A stretch of 58,495 nucleotides of DNA from a virus (Duplodnaviria; Caudoviricetes), in IMG/VR virus record IMGVR_UViG_3300006918_000002, positions 1 to 58,495 of that record; one strand, written 5' to 3'. Shown piece by piece: positions 7,634-17,060 of this stretch. Position 1 is the first letter of the stretch; every line of letters begins with the position of its first letter. Under the pieces are notes generated by a model, which saw only the letters and a list, made by a program, of their open reading frames with translations, had not been told where the DNA came from and searched no databases. A program made the translations under genes and the position numbers.

Positions 7634-10600
7634 TGGCGCGTCAGTTCGTGAACCTGCACCACCACACCACGATGAGCTACGGCGACGGGTTCATGCAACC
7701 CGCCGACCACATGAAGGCGATCGCGGAGCTGGGCTACCCCGCTGGCGCGGTCACCGAGCACGGCAACGTGAGCAGTCACGTGCGCTGGGAGAAGGCGGGG
7801 CGGGAGCACGGCGTCAAGCCGCTCTTCGGGGTCGAGCTGTACATGGAGACCGACGACCCCCGGGGCCAACTGAAGAACCACCTGACCGTGATCGCGGAAA
7901 CCCAAGCGGGGTACAGCAATCTCCTCCGGCTGGTCAGTGAGAGCTGGGAGAACTTCCAGTACGTGCCGACGACCACGCCGGAGATGCTGGAACGGTTCTC
8001 CGAGGGTCTCGTGGTGAGCAGCGGGTGTCTCGGGAGCCGCCTGGCGACGGAGCTCCTAGGCGGCAAGGGATCCGACGAGAAGAAGCGCGCCGACCTCGTG
8101 GCGGGCGGTCGGGTCGTCGGGTGGTTCAAGGAGGTGTTCGGTGATCGGTACTTCCTCGAGGTGATGCCGCACCCGGCTCTCCAGAAACAGGCGCGGTATA
8201 ACGAGATCCTCGGGGAGCTGAGCACGCGGTACGACGTGCCGTTGGTGGCGACGCTCGACTGTCACTACCCGTACCCCAGCGACCAGGAGATGTACCCGGT
8301 CCTCCACGCCATCAAGCGCGGTGGCCGTAGCAACACCGTGGAGGCGCAGAGCCAGGGGTGGGAGTACGACATCATGCTGGCCCCACGGGACCCCCGGGAC
8401 ATCTACAGGGACCTGAAGGCCACGGGGCTGCACCGCAGGCAGGCAGGCGCGGCGATGGCGGCGACCCTGGACATCGCCGACCGGTGCACGGTGGAGATCC
8501 CGAAGTTCCGAGACCTGGAGTTCCTGTCCGCAGAGCCCGCCGACGAGCTGCTCCGTCGATGGGCTCGAGAAGGGTGGAAGTACCGGGGGTTCACCGCTCT
8601 GCCTCGGGCGCAGCGTCGCGCCTACGTCCGGCGGGTGAAGTACGAGCTGGAGCTCATCATCTCGAAGGGCTTCGCCAACTACTTCCTCGTCGTGGCGGAC
8701 ATGGTGAAGTGGGCCAAGGATCACGGGATTCCCGTGGGCCCCGCCCGAGGTTCCGCCGCAGCCTCGCTCGTCTGCTACCTGCTGCGGATCACCGAGGTCG
8801 ACCCGATGCACTTCCCGAACCTCATCTTCGAGCGGTTCATCGACCTCAACCGCCACGACCTGCCCGACATCGACCTCGACTTCGACGACGAGCAGCGCTG
8901 GCGGGTGCGGGGCTATCTGGTCGACAAGTACGGGGCGGAGCGCGTCGGCAACATCGGCACGTTCACCAACTGGCGCGGGAAGAACAGCCTCGATGACATC
9001 GCCCGGGTGTACCGGATCCCGCCTGGTGACGTCGAGGCCGTGAAGGAGATGATCATCGAGCGATCCTCGGGTGACCTTCGGGGCAACAGCACGCTCGAGG
9101 ACAGTGCGGCGATGTTCCCGAAGGTCGCGGCCATCATGAAGAAGCACCCGCATCTCCTGAAGGCGCAGAAGCTCGAGGGCAACATCCGGGGCATGAGCGT
9201 GCACGCGGCGGGGCTGGTCGTTGCCAACGAACCGCTCACCAACGGGGTGGCGGTGTACACCCGAGAAGACAGCAAGACCAAGCTGCGGACCAGTGTGCTC
9301 AGCATCGACAAGTACGACGCCGACTACATCAACGCCCTGAAGATCGACGCGCTGGGGCTCACCACGATGGGGATGATCCGGCGCTGCCTGGAGATGATCG
9401 GCCTGAGCCTCGCCGAGCTGTACGCGGTGAGCCGCGACGAGGAGGAGGTGTACGAAGCCTTTCGCCGCAACGAGGTCATCGGGATCTTCCAGTTCGACGG
9501 AAGGGCGATGCGGTCGGTGAACCGGGAGGTGAAGCCAGACAACTTCGCGGAGGTCTGCGACATCAACGCGCTGGCCCGCCCGGGGCCGCTGCACTCCGGC
9601 GCGGCAGCGGAGTACATCCAGGTGAAGCACGGACGCAAGAAGGCGCTCCACCTGCACCCGGTGGTCGATGAGATCACCAAGCACACCAACTTCCAGATCG
9701 TGTACCAGGAGCAGATCCTCCGGGTGGTGCGGGAGCTCGGCAACTTCACGTGGGAAGAAGCCGCCACCATCCGCAAGCTCATCTCCAAGAAGCAGGGCGA
9801 GCAGGCGTTCAACCGGATGCAGGAGTTGTTCCTGAAAGGCTGTCGTACCAACGGAGTCCCGGAGACCAACGCGCAGAAGATCTGGAAGCAGCTCGTGACC
9901 GCCGGTGCCTACGCCTTCAACGCGGCGCACTGCGTCTCGTACGGGATGCTGGCGTACTGGACCATGTGGCTGAAAGTGAAGTACCCCTTGGAGTTCTACT
10001 GCGCTGCGCTCCAGAAGTACGACCCGAAGACCAAGGGCTTCGACCTGCTGAAGGAGGCCAGCGCGCGAGGCATCCCGATCCTCCCGCCCCACCCCGTCTT
10101 CAGCACCGTGACGTGGTCGGTCGACACGAGGGAGAAGGGGTTGCGGGCGGGCTTCACGCAAATCGACGGCATCGGCGAGAAGACCGCTGTGGCCATGGTG
10201 GAGTGGCGTGACGGAGAGGACATGCCTCCAGCTCGAGTGCTCGGTCACCGTCCGGATCTTTGGCCGAACGGCTTCGGTTGGCAGGACTTTACGGAGGTGA
10301 AGGGGGTCGGAGCGGCGACCATGAAGAAGGTCGAGGCCTTCGTGGCGCAGGAGGACCCGTTCGGGATCACGCTGCTGAGCCGGAAGCTCGAGGAGGTTCG
10401 GCGGTGGCTGTGGGAGCACGGCGACGAACACGCCCTCCCCATGGCGCGCTCCCGCAGCGAGGACGTTCCCTACGAAGCCAAGCCTGGCCAACACTTCTGG
10501 CTCGGTGCGGTGCGGGAGCGCAACCTGAAGGACCTGTACGAGCTGCACCGCTCGCGGACTGGCGAGGAGCTGGATCCCGGGCAGGTCAAGGAACCGCAGC

Positions 10601-10824
10601 ACATCAACTGGTGTGTGGTGACGGGAGAGGATGAGACCGGACCGCTGACCGTGACCGTGCACCGCTTCCGGGGGCTGTACGAGAAGTACAAGGATCGCCT
10701 CTGGGAGTTGGACCCGAAGAGGGACCTTCTGTTGGTGCGCGGGCTGAAGCGGCGGGAGTACCGCCGTGCGTTGTATGCCGAAGAACTCTGGATCATCAAC
10801 ACCGAGACAATGAGGGTTTCATGA
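7633..10824 (+). CDS. dnaE: DNA polymerase III alpha subunit (family C)
   Basis: PHP domain (LHHHT-S-GDG, TEHG, GVE, DCHY); GPARGSAAASL; PDIDLDF; SVHAAG; KIDALGL; YQEQI; YAFNAAH. Confidence 0.97.
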   Translation: MARQFVNLHHHTTMSYGDGFMQPADHMKAIAELGYPAGAVTEHGNVSSHVRWEKAGREHGVKPLFGVELYMETDDPRGQLKNHLTVIAETQAGYSNLLRLVSESWENFQYVPTTTPEMLERFSEGLVVSSGCLGSRLATELLGGKGSDEKKRADLVAGGRVVGWFKEVFGDRYFLEVMPHPALQKQARYNEILGELSTRYDVPLVATLDCHYPYPSDQEMYPVLHAIKRGGRSNTVEAQSQGWEYDIMLAPRDPRDIYRDLKATGLHRRQAGAAMAATLDIADRCTVEIPKFRDLEFLSAEPADELLRRWAREGWKYRGFTALPRAQRRAYVRRVKYELELIISKGFANYFLVVADMVKWAKDHGIPVGPARGSAAASLVCYLLRITEVDPMHFPNLIFERFIDLNRHDLPDIDLDFDDEQRWRVRGYLVDKYGAERVGNIGTFTNWRGKNSLDDIARVYRIPPGDVEAVKEMIIERSSGDLRGNSTLEDSAAMFPKVAAIMKKHPHLLKAQKLEGNIRGMSVHAAGLVVANEPLTNGVAVYTREDSKTKLRTSVLSIDKYDADYINALKIDALGLTTMGMIRRCLEMIGLSLAELYAVSRDEEEVYEAFRRNEVIGIFQFDGRAMRSVNREVKPDNFAEVCDINALARPGPLHSGAAAEYIQVKHGRKKALHLHPVVDEITKHTNFQIVYQEQILRVVRELGNFTWEEAATIRKLISKKQGEQAFNRMQELFLKGCRTNGVPETNAQKIWKQLVTAGAYAFNAAHCVSYGMLAYWTMWLKVKYPLEFYCAALQKYDPKTKGFDLLKEASARGIPILPPHPVFSTVTWSVDTREKGLRAGFTQIDGIGEKTAVAMVEWRDGEDMPPARVLGHRPDLWPNGFGWQDFTEVKGVGAATMKKVEAFVAQEDPFGITLLSRKLEEVRRWLWEHGDEHALPMARSRSEDVPYEAKPGQHFWLGAVRERNLKDLYELHRSRTGEELDPGQVKEPQHINWCVVTGEDETGPLTVTVHRFRGLYEKYKDRLWELDPKRDLLLVRGLKRREYRRALYAEELWIINTETMRVS

Positions 10825-11474
10825 TGAGCTTTCGCGACCTGCTGAACATGGCCGACCAGACCGAGCTCCGCCGGGACGCGGAGGATGAATTCTCCGCCCT
10901 CGTGCGGTCGGTACTACACGACGTTCACGCGAGCTGGCAGGAGCAGAACGCCATCCTGCGCGGGCTGCTGGGGGCAGGCACGCACGTCGATGAGATGGCG
11001 CTGCTGTTCGCCGGAGAGCACGCACTGGCAGCGTTCGTGCGGTACGCCGTGCGAGAGCGAGGCTACGAGCTCTTCAACACGGCGTGGGACCACGTGGCCA
11101 CTGGCCCTATCCTCAGCCACTACGACGTGTCGTACTGGTTTCTGCGCACCCCGGGGTACGAGCCCGGGAAGAAGGGCTACCGGCTTGAGCTGATGTCGTT
11201 GCTGAGCCACGGTTCTCCGCTCCACGACAGGATGGCCGCCTTGGCGACGGGAGAGATGCGCTACCGCCCGGTGCACGCGTCGTTCAAGTGCCCCGACGAG
11301 GAGGCGTACGGCACGGCCGTCAACACGCTGAGGAAGGGCGGGTACGAGCTGGCGCAGCGCTGCTCCTCGAGCTACGGCCAGTTCTCCTACTGGCAGCACT
11401 ACGCGGCCGAGGGGACCCCGGGGTGGTTCCTCAAGCCCCGCGTGAACCTGCGTGACGAGGACGTGTCCGAGTGA
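10821..11474 (+). CDS. Hypothetical protein, possible VOC/glyoxalase-fold enzyme
   Basis: HVDEMALL...RLELM...HASFKCPDEEAY-AV-LR-GY resembles VOC beta-alpha-beta-beta-beta repeats. Confidence 0.5.
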   Translation: MMSFRDLLNMADQTELRRDAEDEFSALVRSVLHDVHASWQEQNAILRGLLGAGTHVDEMALLFAGEHALAAFVRYAVRERGYELFNTAWDHVATGPILSHYDVSYWFLRTPGYEPGKKGYRLELMSLLSHGSPLHDRMAALATGEMRYRPVHASFKCPDEEAYGTAVNTLRKGGYELAQRCSSSYGQFSYWQHYAAEGTPGWFLKPRVNLRDEDVSE

Positions 11475-12163
11475 ACGGCCCGACGCTCCTGGTGGTGGGA
11501 GCCCAGGACGGATCCCTCGGGGCGAGAATCTCTGTGGCTGCGGGGAAGGCGGGGTTCGGGGAGGTGCACACCGCTGGCCTCGGCACGGAGGAGCACGCGT
11601 GTGACGTGCGGAACACCAACGCCCTCAAGGAAGTTCTGCGGCTCACGAACCCGGACTACGTGGTGTGCACGGTCGGGGTCAACCAGCCCGCCGGGATGAC
11701 GGCGTCGAGGCTCCGGATGTTCATGGGGGACTCTTTCGAGACCAACGTGACCGGACCGATGGAGTTGCTGCGGCTGTTCCTGGACATGCCGCAGAAGCCG
11801 TCCTTCATCAAGAAGTTCGTGGCGATCAGCAGCAACAGCGCCAGAATCGCGCGCACGCAATCGATCCCGTACTGCGCCAGCAAGGCAGCCCTGTCGATGG
11901 CGTTGCGGGTGGCCGCGCGGGAGACGGCACGCTGGGAGACACGGGTTCTGATCTGGGGGTACGAGCCGGGTCTGCTGGCTGACACCCCCATGACGCACGA
12001 GACCGTGGCCCAGTGGGGCGACGTGCCCCTGCACCGGATGCCCGGGGTCGGCGCAGAAGGGCTGAACGCCAACACCTTGGCCGACCGGGTGGTCTTGGAC
12101 CTCGCACACAGCAGCGTGGGCTACCACGGGGTGCTGTTCCCGTTTGACGCCGGGGAGCAGTAG
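11471..12163 (+). CDS. Short-chain dehydrogenase/reductase (SDR)
   Basis: VGAQDGSLG, ACDV, VGVN, ETNV-G, ISSNS, YCASK (YxxxK), PG-ADTPMT. Confidence 0.9.
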   Translation: MNGPTLLVVGAQDGSLGARISVAAGKAGFGEVHTAGLGTEEHACDVRNTNALKEVLRLTNPDYVVCTVGVNQPAGMTASRLRMFMGDSFETNVTGPMELLRLFLDMPQKPSFIKKFVAISSNSARIARTQSIPYCASKAALSMALRVAARETARWETRVLIWGYEPGLLADTPMTHETVAQWGDVPLHRMPGVGAEGLNANTLADRVVLDLAHSSVGYHGVLFPFDAGEQ

Positions 12164-12264
12164 TCCAGTTCTGTTCTCTCTGGTGTGTGGTTAATGCACG
12201 ACGGTACGGTGGTGTCTCTCGGCAGTAGTGGGCGGGGAGACCCCGCCGTACCAGGAGGGCGAAC

Positions 12265-12588
12265 ATGGGCGACACCAAGGGTTTCAGCGAGAAGGTTCTC
12301 GCCGTGCTGCTTCAGTACCGCAATCAGACCGTGACGCTGGCGCAGATCTGCACCGCCACGGGTTTCTCGGAGACGTTGGTACAGCGCACGGTGAACAACC
12401 TGAAGGCGAAGAAGGAGATGCACTACTCGATCACCGTGGTCATCCGGGGGCGGGCGTGGGTGTTGCGTGACGCGCCCCCGGCGGTGGACCCGGGGAAGCG
12501 GATCTTCGAGGAGATCGGCGCAGCCAGGGACGGCAGCGTCGTCATTCAGGACAGCGCGGGGAAGCTGTACCGCGCGGTCGAACTGTAG
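12265..12588 (+). CDS. Winged-HTH-like DNA-binding protein
   Basis: VTLAQICTATGFSETLVQRTVNNL; GGAGG RBS. Confidence 0.6.
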   Translation: MGDTKGFSEKVLAVLLQYRNQTVTLAQICTATGFSETLVQRTVNNLKAKKEMHYSITVVIRGRAWVLRDAPPAVDPGKRIFEEIGAARDGSVVIQDSAGKLYRAVEL

Positions 12589-12598
12589 AGGAGTTCCT

Positions 12599-12871
12599 GT
12601 GCCGGAGCTGAACATCGCCATGGCAGACAAGGCGAAAGACGTGATCGCCGTCATCGAGGAGCAGGGAGACTTCCGCGCGTACCGCCTGGCGATGGAGTGG
12701 CCCTCGCTGGCTGCTGCGCTGGGGGAGCTGATGGAGGCGGCGGACGTGGTGCTCCCCGCCCCGTTCCGACACGCGATGATCGCGGTGCGGGAGGGGGTCC
12801 GACCCGTCATCAGCCAACCGCAACGGTTGCGCGGTGTCGAGGGGCCGACGCTCCCGAGCGGGAAGATCTGA
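12599..12871 (+). CDS. Hypothetical protein
   Basis: GAGGAG RBS, GTG start, coupled to the next ORF. Confidence 0.55.
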   Translation: MPELNIAMADKAKDVIAVIEEQGDFRAYRLAMEWPSLAAALGELMEAADVVLPAPFRHAMIAVREGVRPVISQPQRLRGVEGPTLPSGKI

Positions 12872-13143
12872 TGGAGGAAATGATGAAGGGTCTCCTCAGG
12901 CAGGTCAACGAGGAGACGTACGCGCCGGAGCTCCAGGACGGCGACCTCCGCGAGGGCGTGCGGAGTGTGTTGGAGCTGGCCGACAACGAGGAGAACTACA
13001 GCGACCCGCCGCACACCCTGGAGTCCCGGCGGTCCGCCTGGCGCGGTGGTTACCTGACCGCGATGCGAGACGTGATCGAAGCACTGGCCGACGAGTGGGG
13101 CATCACCTACACGCAGGAGCAGAACGATGGAGGAGAGAAATGA
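12871..13143 (+). CDS. Hypothetical protein
   Basis: TGATG overlap; phage-like composition. Confidence 0.6.
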   Translation: MEEMMKGLLRQVNEETYAPELQDGDLREGVRSVLELADNEENYSDPPHTLESRRSAWRGGYLTAMRDVIEALADEWGITYTQEQNDGGEK

Positions 13144-13616
13144 GAAGGTCTCGGCAGGAGAGGCTGGAGGGGGCGCGGGAGATGCTCGGGTCCTCCCTCG
13201 GACGCGCGGCGCACGGTGGGACGACTTCCCCGCCCTCCCGCTACCCGCAGCCTGGCGTCCGGCAGACCGAAGCGCTGACCGGGGCTAGGCTCATCACCGA
13301 GCGGGGATGGGTGCGGCCGGTCGCGGTCAGCCACCTGTGCTACCCGCCCCAGCAGTACCCGGACCAGTGCGGACCGGGGTCGCAGTGGCAATGCGCGTGC
13401 GCGGCGTTCTGGGTCGCTCAGGGCGTGGCCGTGCACAAGTACCCGGTCGGCGTCGGCCAGGTGGCTCGGGACGTGATCCTGGGGCCGGAGTACTGGACGT
13501 GGATGGAGGGCACCGGGTCCGCCGAACCCGAGAACTACCGAGCCCAGCAGGCGTACTGGGATTGGCGTCCGGCCGCAGACAAGATCCTCGAGCACTTGCG
13601 GGGGCAGCAGCCGTGA
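13140..13616 (+). CDS. Hypothetical protein with Cys motif
   Basis: ATGA overlap; HLC...GSQWQCACAAFW. Confidence 0.55.
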   Translation: MRRSRQERLEGAREMLGSSLGRAAHGGTTSPPSRYPQPGVRQTEALTGARLITERGWVRPVAVSHLCYPPQQYPDQCGPGSQWQCACAAFWVAQGVAVHKYPVGVGQVARDVILGPEYWTWMEGTGSAEPENYRAQQAYWDWRPAADKILEHLRGQQP

Positions 13617-13750
13617 GCGGCGAGATGATGCTCGTGGTGCTGCTCCTGGCTCTCCTGGTCGCGGTGTACCTCAAGGGCCGTAGGGACGGGGCGGAGTCGG
13701 TGCGCGGCTCCGTCCGGGAAACGCTGTGGGGCAAGGAGAAGAAGCAATGA
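13613..13750 (+). CDS. Small membrane protein
   Basis: LVVLLLALLVAVYLKG; GTGA/ATGA coupling. Confidence 0.55.
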   Translation: MSGEMMLVVLLLALLVAVYLKGRRDGAESVRGSVRETLWGKEKKQ

Positions 13751-14277
13751 ACCGTCGTGTGGTGTACCTGTCCGGGCCGATCGCCGGATACCCGGAGGGC
13801 AACGAGAAGGCGTTCCGCGCGGTGGCGACGTACCTGGAGGCCCAGGGGTACGAGGCGATCGTGCCGCATGACCTTCTGCCTGCTGTGCACGAGGGGGAGT
13901 GCCCGAAGGGGTACCGCTCGGAGGGGGCGCGGCACGCGGCAGCGTGCCACCTGCGGTCGGACCTCGTGGAGATGCTGCGCCACGCCGACGAGATCTGGAT
14001 GTTGCCCGGGTGGGAGTCCTCGGTGGGGGCTCGCCTGGAGATGCAGGTCGCCGCCGCGTGCGGTCTCCCGGTGCTGTTCCTGGCCCACGAGATGGCGACC
14101 GCCTGGCGCAGGGTCGAGCCCGAGATCACCAGGGCGGCGAAAGCCTTGCGGGACATGGGTCTCGTGATCGCCGAGCCCGAGCTGGACAGCGAGGACCCGT
14201 GCGGTCACGAGGCGCGAGACCGTAGCGGCCACTGCTTCGAGACCGAGTGCATCAACTACGCCGGAGGATATCGGTGA
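13747..14277 (+). CDS. DUF4406-like protein (nucleoside 2-deoxyribosyltransferase-like fold)
   Basis: VYLSGPIAG-P-GN-AF...ADEIWMLPGWESSVGARLE. Confidence 0.8.
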   Translation: MNRRVVYLSGPIAGYPEGNEKAFRAVATYLEAQGYEAIVPHDLLPAVHEGECPKGYRSEGARHAAACHLRSDLVEMLRHADEIWMLPGWESSVGARLEMQVAAACGLPVLFLAHEMATAWRRVEPEITRAAKALRDMGLVIAEPELDSEDPCGHEARDRSGHCFETECINYAGGYR

Positions 14278-15632
14278 ACGACAAGGAACTGAACGAGCAC
14301 GAGGGCTCGCGCCTGCACACCCCCGACGAGTGGTCGGTGGTCGACGGGGTGACGGTGATGGACCCCGACGGGTGGCGTTTCCGCGTTCGGGTCAGCGAAT
14401 CCGAGGACTACCTGCCCCGCCCCTGGGGGGACCGCATCACCCGCCAGGAATGGGACGCCCGGGTGGGCGTGAGCTCGACTTCCCGCAAGAGGAGGAGCAC
14501 CGAGGTCCAGCGTTGGGCTGACACGGCCATGTTCCGCAGTGAACCGCTCGACGCCACCACGGGGCCGAAGGTGCATCTCCTGCACATGAACAACGACCCG
14601 CTCGGTGCCATCGCGGCGTTCGCGTTGATGTACAAGGGGATCGTGGTGCGCGACCTCGCCGACGTCACCGACGAGCAGCGCCGGGAGATGTTCGAGCAGA
14701 TCAAGCAGACCCGCCTCAAGGCACCGTTCGAGGCGGTCTCGCTGCACTGGATGGTCGAGGGGGTGACGCGGTCCCTGACCCATCAGATGGTGCGGCAGCG
14801 CACGGCCGTCTTCGCCCAGGAGTCCTTGCGCTTCGCTGTGGTGGAGGATGACTTCACCGACCGGGTCGCGCTGCCCCCGTCGTTGGTGGGGACTGAAGGC
14901 ATGTGGAGGCACTACGAGGGCGAGGCGCTCAGCCTGCTCGCGCCTGCCGACGCCGGTGACCCTGCGGTTGACCGGTACGTCTCGGAGAGGATGGCGCGGG
15001 AAACCGAGGAAGAGAAGAAGCGATGGGCCTGGGATCAGGCGCTGTCCAAAGTCGAAGCGCAGTACAGCTATCTTGTCGAAAGCGGGATGCCTGCCGAAGA
15101 CGCGCGAGGACTGTTGCCGCACAACATCACCACGCGTCTCAACTACAAGACGGACCTCCGCAACTTCGCCGAGCAGGCGGGGTCGCGGCTGTGCACGCAG
15201 GCTCAGTTCGAGTGGCGCGCGCTCTGGATCGCCTTCGTGCAGGAGCTGCGCCGGTACGGTCGCACGATCACCTACACCGTTAACGAGGCCTCTCGACCGG
15301 GTGGTGTCAAGCTTCCGGTCTTCAAATCCTCGTGCTGGCAGTTCGACCTCATCGCCGAGCTGTTCCGGCCTGCCTGCTACCTCACGGGCAAGTGCGAGTT
15401 CGCCGCAATGGACCTCGACCGCAAGTGCAGCATCCGCAACCGGGTCGACGCCAACCACGAGATCGGTCGGCAGCCCTCGGAGTGGGGCAGCGAGCACGAC
15501 GTGGTGGAGGACGGTCCGATTGTCTCGGGCGTCGGCCCGAAGTCGGTGGTGCGTAACGAGGGCGGGGAACCCGTGTTCATCGGTGCCATCGACCCGCGTG
15601 AGTGGTTGGCCGACCCCGGGGCTGCGCGATGA
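14274..15632 (+). CDS. thyX: Atypical ThyX-like flavin-dependent thymidylate synthase with an N-terminal extra domain
   Basis: PFE, EGVTRSLTHQMVRQR-AVFAQESLRF, PAEDARGLLP, RLC-AQFEW; GGAGG RBS before GTG 14274. Confidence 0.8.
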   Translation: MNDKELNEHEGSRLHTPDEWSVVDGVTVMDPDGWRFRVRVSESEDYLPRPWGDRITRQEWDARVGVSSTSRKRRSTEVQRWADTAMFRSEPLDATTGPKVHLLHMNNDPLGAIAAFALMYKGIVVRDLADVTDEQRREMFEQIKQTRLKAPFEAVSLHWMVEGVTRSLTHQMVRQRTAVFAQESLRFAVVEDDFTDRVALPPSLVGTEGMWRHYEGEALSLLAPADAGDPAVDRYVSERMARETEEEKKRWAWDQALSKVEAQYSYLVESGMPAEDARGLLPHNITTRLNYKTDLRNFAEQAGSRLCTQAQFEWRALWIAFVQELRRYGRTITYTVNEASRPGGVKLPVFKSSCWQFDLIAELFRPACYLTGKCEFAAMDLDRKCSIRNRVDANHEIGRQPSEWGSEHDVVEDGPIVSGVGPKSVVRNEGGEPVFIGAIDPREWLADPGAAR

Positions 15633-15736
15633 GTCTGGTCGTCGGAGAGATCGTACGGTGCGCGGTGCTCGGCGCGCTCGCCATCGGTCTCGCGGAGCTG
15701 CTGTTCTGGCTAGCTCATCGGAAGGACCCCCGATGA
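15629..15736 (+). CDS. 35-aa single-TM peptide
   Basis: MSLVVGEIVRCAVLGALAIGLAELLFWLAHRKDPR; ATGA overlaps at both ends. Confidence 0.6.
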   Translation: MSLVVGEIVRCAVLGALAIGLAELLFWLAHRKDPR

Positions 15737-15825
15737 TCGGGCGGGTGATCGCGGGTGCGCTCTTGGTGGTGGCGCTGGTGGTTGTGGTCGTGCTGGTGAT
15801 GGCCGGAGAGGGGCTGATCGCATGA
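15733..15825 (+). CDS. 30-aa single-TM peptide
   Basis: MIGRVIAGALLVVALVVVVVLVMAGEGLIA; ATGA overlaps. Confidence 0.6.
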   Translation: MIGRVIAGALLVVALVVVVVLVMAGEGLIA

Positions 15826-15914
15826 GGTTGCTGGTGTCGGTGTTCGTCGCGCCCGTACTGGTCGTGGTGTTCCTGCTGTGGCTCAACGCAGAGATGGGGT
15901 TCCCGGTCCGATGA
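15822..15914 (+). CDS. 30-aa single-TM peptide
   Basis: MRLLVSVFVAPVLVVVFLLWLNAEMGFPVR; ATGA overlaps. Confidence 0.6.
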   Translation: MRLLVSVFVAPVLVVVFLLWLNAEMGFPVR

Positions 15915-16027
15915 GCAAGAAGAAGAGCGGTAGCGGGATCGGCAGCCTGGTCCTGTTGCTCCTGGCCATGTGGGCGATCTGGTCGCTGGTCATCAACAAC
16001 CCGCGTGCGTGGGAGTGGTTTCAGTGA
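15911..16027 (+). CDS. 38-aa single-TM peptide
   Basis: MSKKKSGSGIGSLVLLLLAMWAIWSLVINNPRAWEWFQ; ATGA/GTGA overlaps. Confidence 0.6.
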   Translation: MSKKKSGSGIGSLVLLLLAMWAIWSLVINNPRAWEWFQ

Positions 16028-16416
16028 CGAGCGGGGAGTCGGTCCAGCAGTACGCGAAGATGACCTGGCTCAAGCGCTTCAACAACGTCACGCAGACCAC
16101 GTATCTCGGGTCCCTGGAAGGAAACCGGGTCTTCGCCGTCGGCGTGATGGGCAGCGTGACCATCAAGACGGAGGACATCCCGCACTGCGTGGCGCAGCTC
16201 CGCGACATGGCGGACGCCCTGGAGAAGTACCACCGCGATCACCCGCCCCGACCCCTGCCTCCGCAGCCCGTACGAGCACGCCCTCGGACCGGCGGTCCCC
16301 GGTGCCAGCAGGCCAGCACGCGCAACGCGACCAGCAGGCACGCGTACGGCACGTGCAACACGCCTCTAGACGGCAACGGCCAGTGTGCCAACGCCAGCAC
16401 ACACGTGGGGTGGTGA
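16024..16416 (+). CDS. Hypothetical protein with C-terminal Cys/His motif
   Basis: GTGA overlap; C...GTCNTPLDGNGQC...H. Confidence 0.6.
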   Translation: MTSGESVQQYAKMTWLKRFNNVTQTTYLGSLEGNRVFAVGVMGSVTIKTEDIPHCVAQLRDMADALEKYHRDHPPRPLPPQPVRARPRTGGPRCQQASTRNATSRHAYGTCNTPLDGNGQCANASTHVGW

Positions 16417-16628
16417 TGGGTACCAAGAGAACCCTCTACGGCCACTACGACCGGTGGTTGTGGGTGGTGTGGGGAGACCGGCCGCGCCTGCACCCGTGGT
16501 TCGTGGTGACGCAGGCCGAGAAGGGCGGTGGTCCCGTGTTGCGGGAACAGGGTTCGTGGACCAAGGCCAATGGGTTCATGGTCCGCGTCGGCAAGTTGTT
16601 CGTGTCGCTACAGTTTCGGAGGATCTGA
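16416..16628 (+). CDS. Hypothetical protein
   Basis: TGATG coupling at both ends. Confidence 0.5.
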   Translation: MGTKRTLYGHYDRWLWVVWGDRPRLHPWFVVTQAEKGGGPVLREQGSWTKANGFMVRVGKLFVSLQFRRI

Positions 16629-16780
16629 TGGACCAGAAGAAGGACCTGTTGGTCGAGGTGACGCCGGGAGACTGGGAAGCGGTCATCGCGGCGTTCGCGG
16701 AGTTGCGGGAGCGGGTGGAGCGCCTGGAGCGCAAGACGTCCCCGCGCACCATGGGGATGACGGGAGACGGCTGTGTCTGA
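16628..16780 (+). CDS. Small coiled-coil protein
   Basis: AELRERVERLE; coupled. Confidence 0.5.
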   Translation: MDQKKDLLVEVTPGDWEAVIAAFAELRERVERLERKTSPRTMGMTGDGCV

Positions 16781-17060
16781 GGAGCGGTGCAAGCACGAGA
16801 TCCTGAAGGAGCCGCCCGGACAGTGCGCGGATTGCAAGGGACTCGGCGCGGTGGCGGACCCGTACGAGGGCGTTCTGGTCGAGCGGTTCCTGAACGCCAA
16901 GTACCCCGGGAAGTGCGCGCTGATCCCGGGTCACAAGATCGAGCCCGGCACCGAGATCGGCGTGCTGGTCCTGGACAACGAGGAGCACCGACCGCCGTTC
17001 AAGGTTCTCGGCTACGGGTGCCGGGCGTGCGTCTACGAGATCATCGGGAGGATCCGATGA
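16773..17060 (+). CDS. Zn-binding hypothetical protein
   Basis: CKHE...CADC...AKYPGKC...CRAC. Confidence 0.65.
   Translation: MSEERCKHEILKEPPGQCADCKGLGAVADPYEGVLVERFLNAKYPGKCALIPGHKIEPGTEIGVLVLDNEEHRPPFKVLGYGCRACVYEIIGRIR

Noticed and set aside
7633-10824. Intein or intron in dnaE
   Set aside because: Length and motif spacing fit an uninterrupted polymerase; no C...HN ends or LAGLIDADG motifs seen
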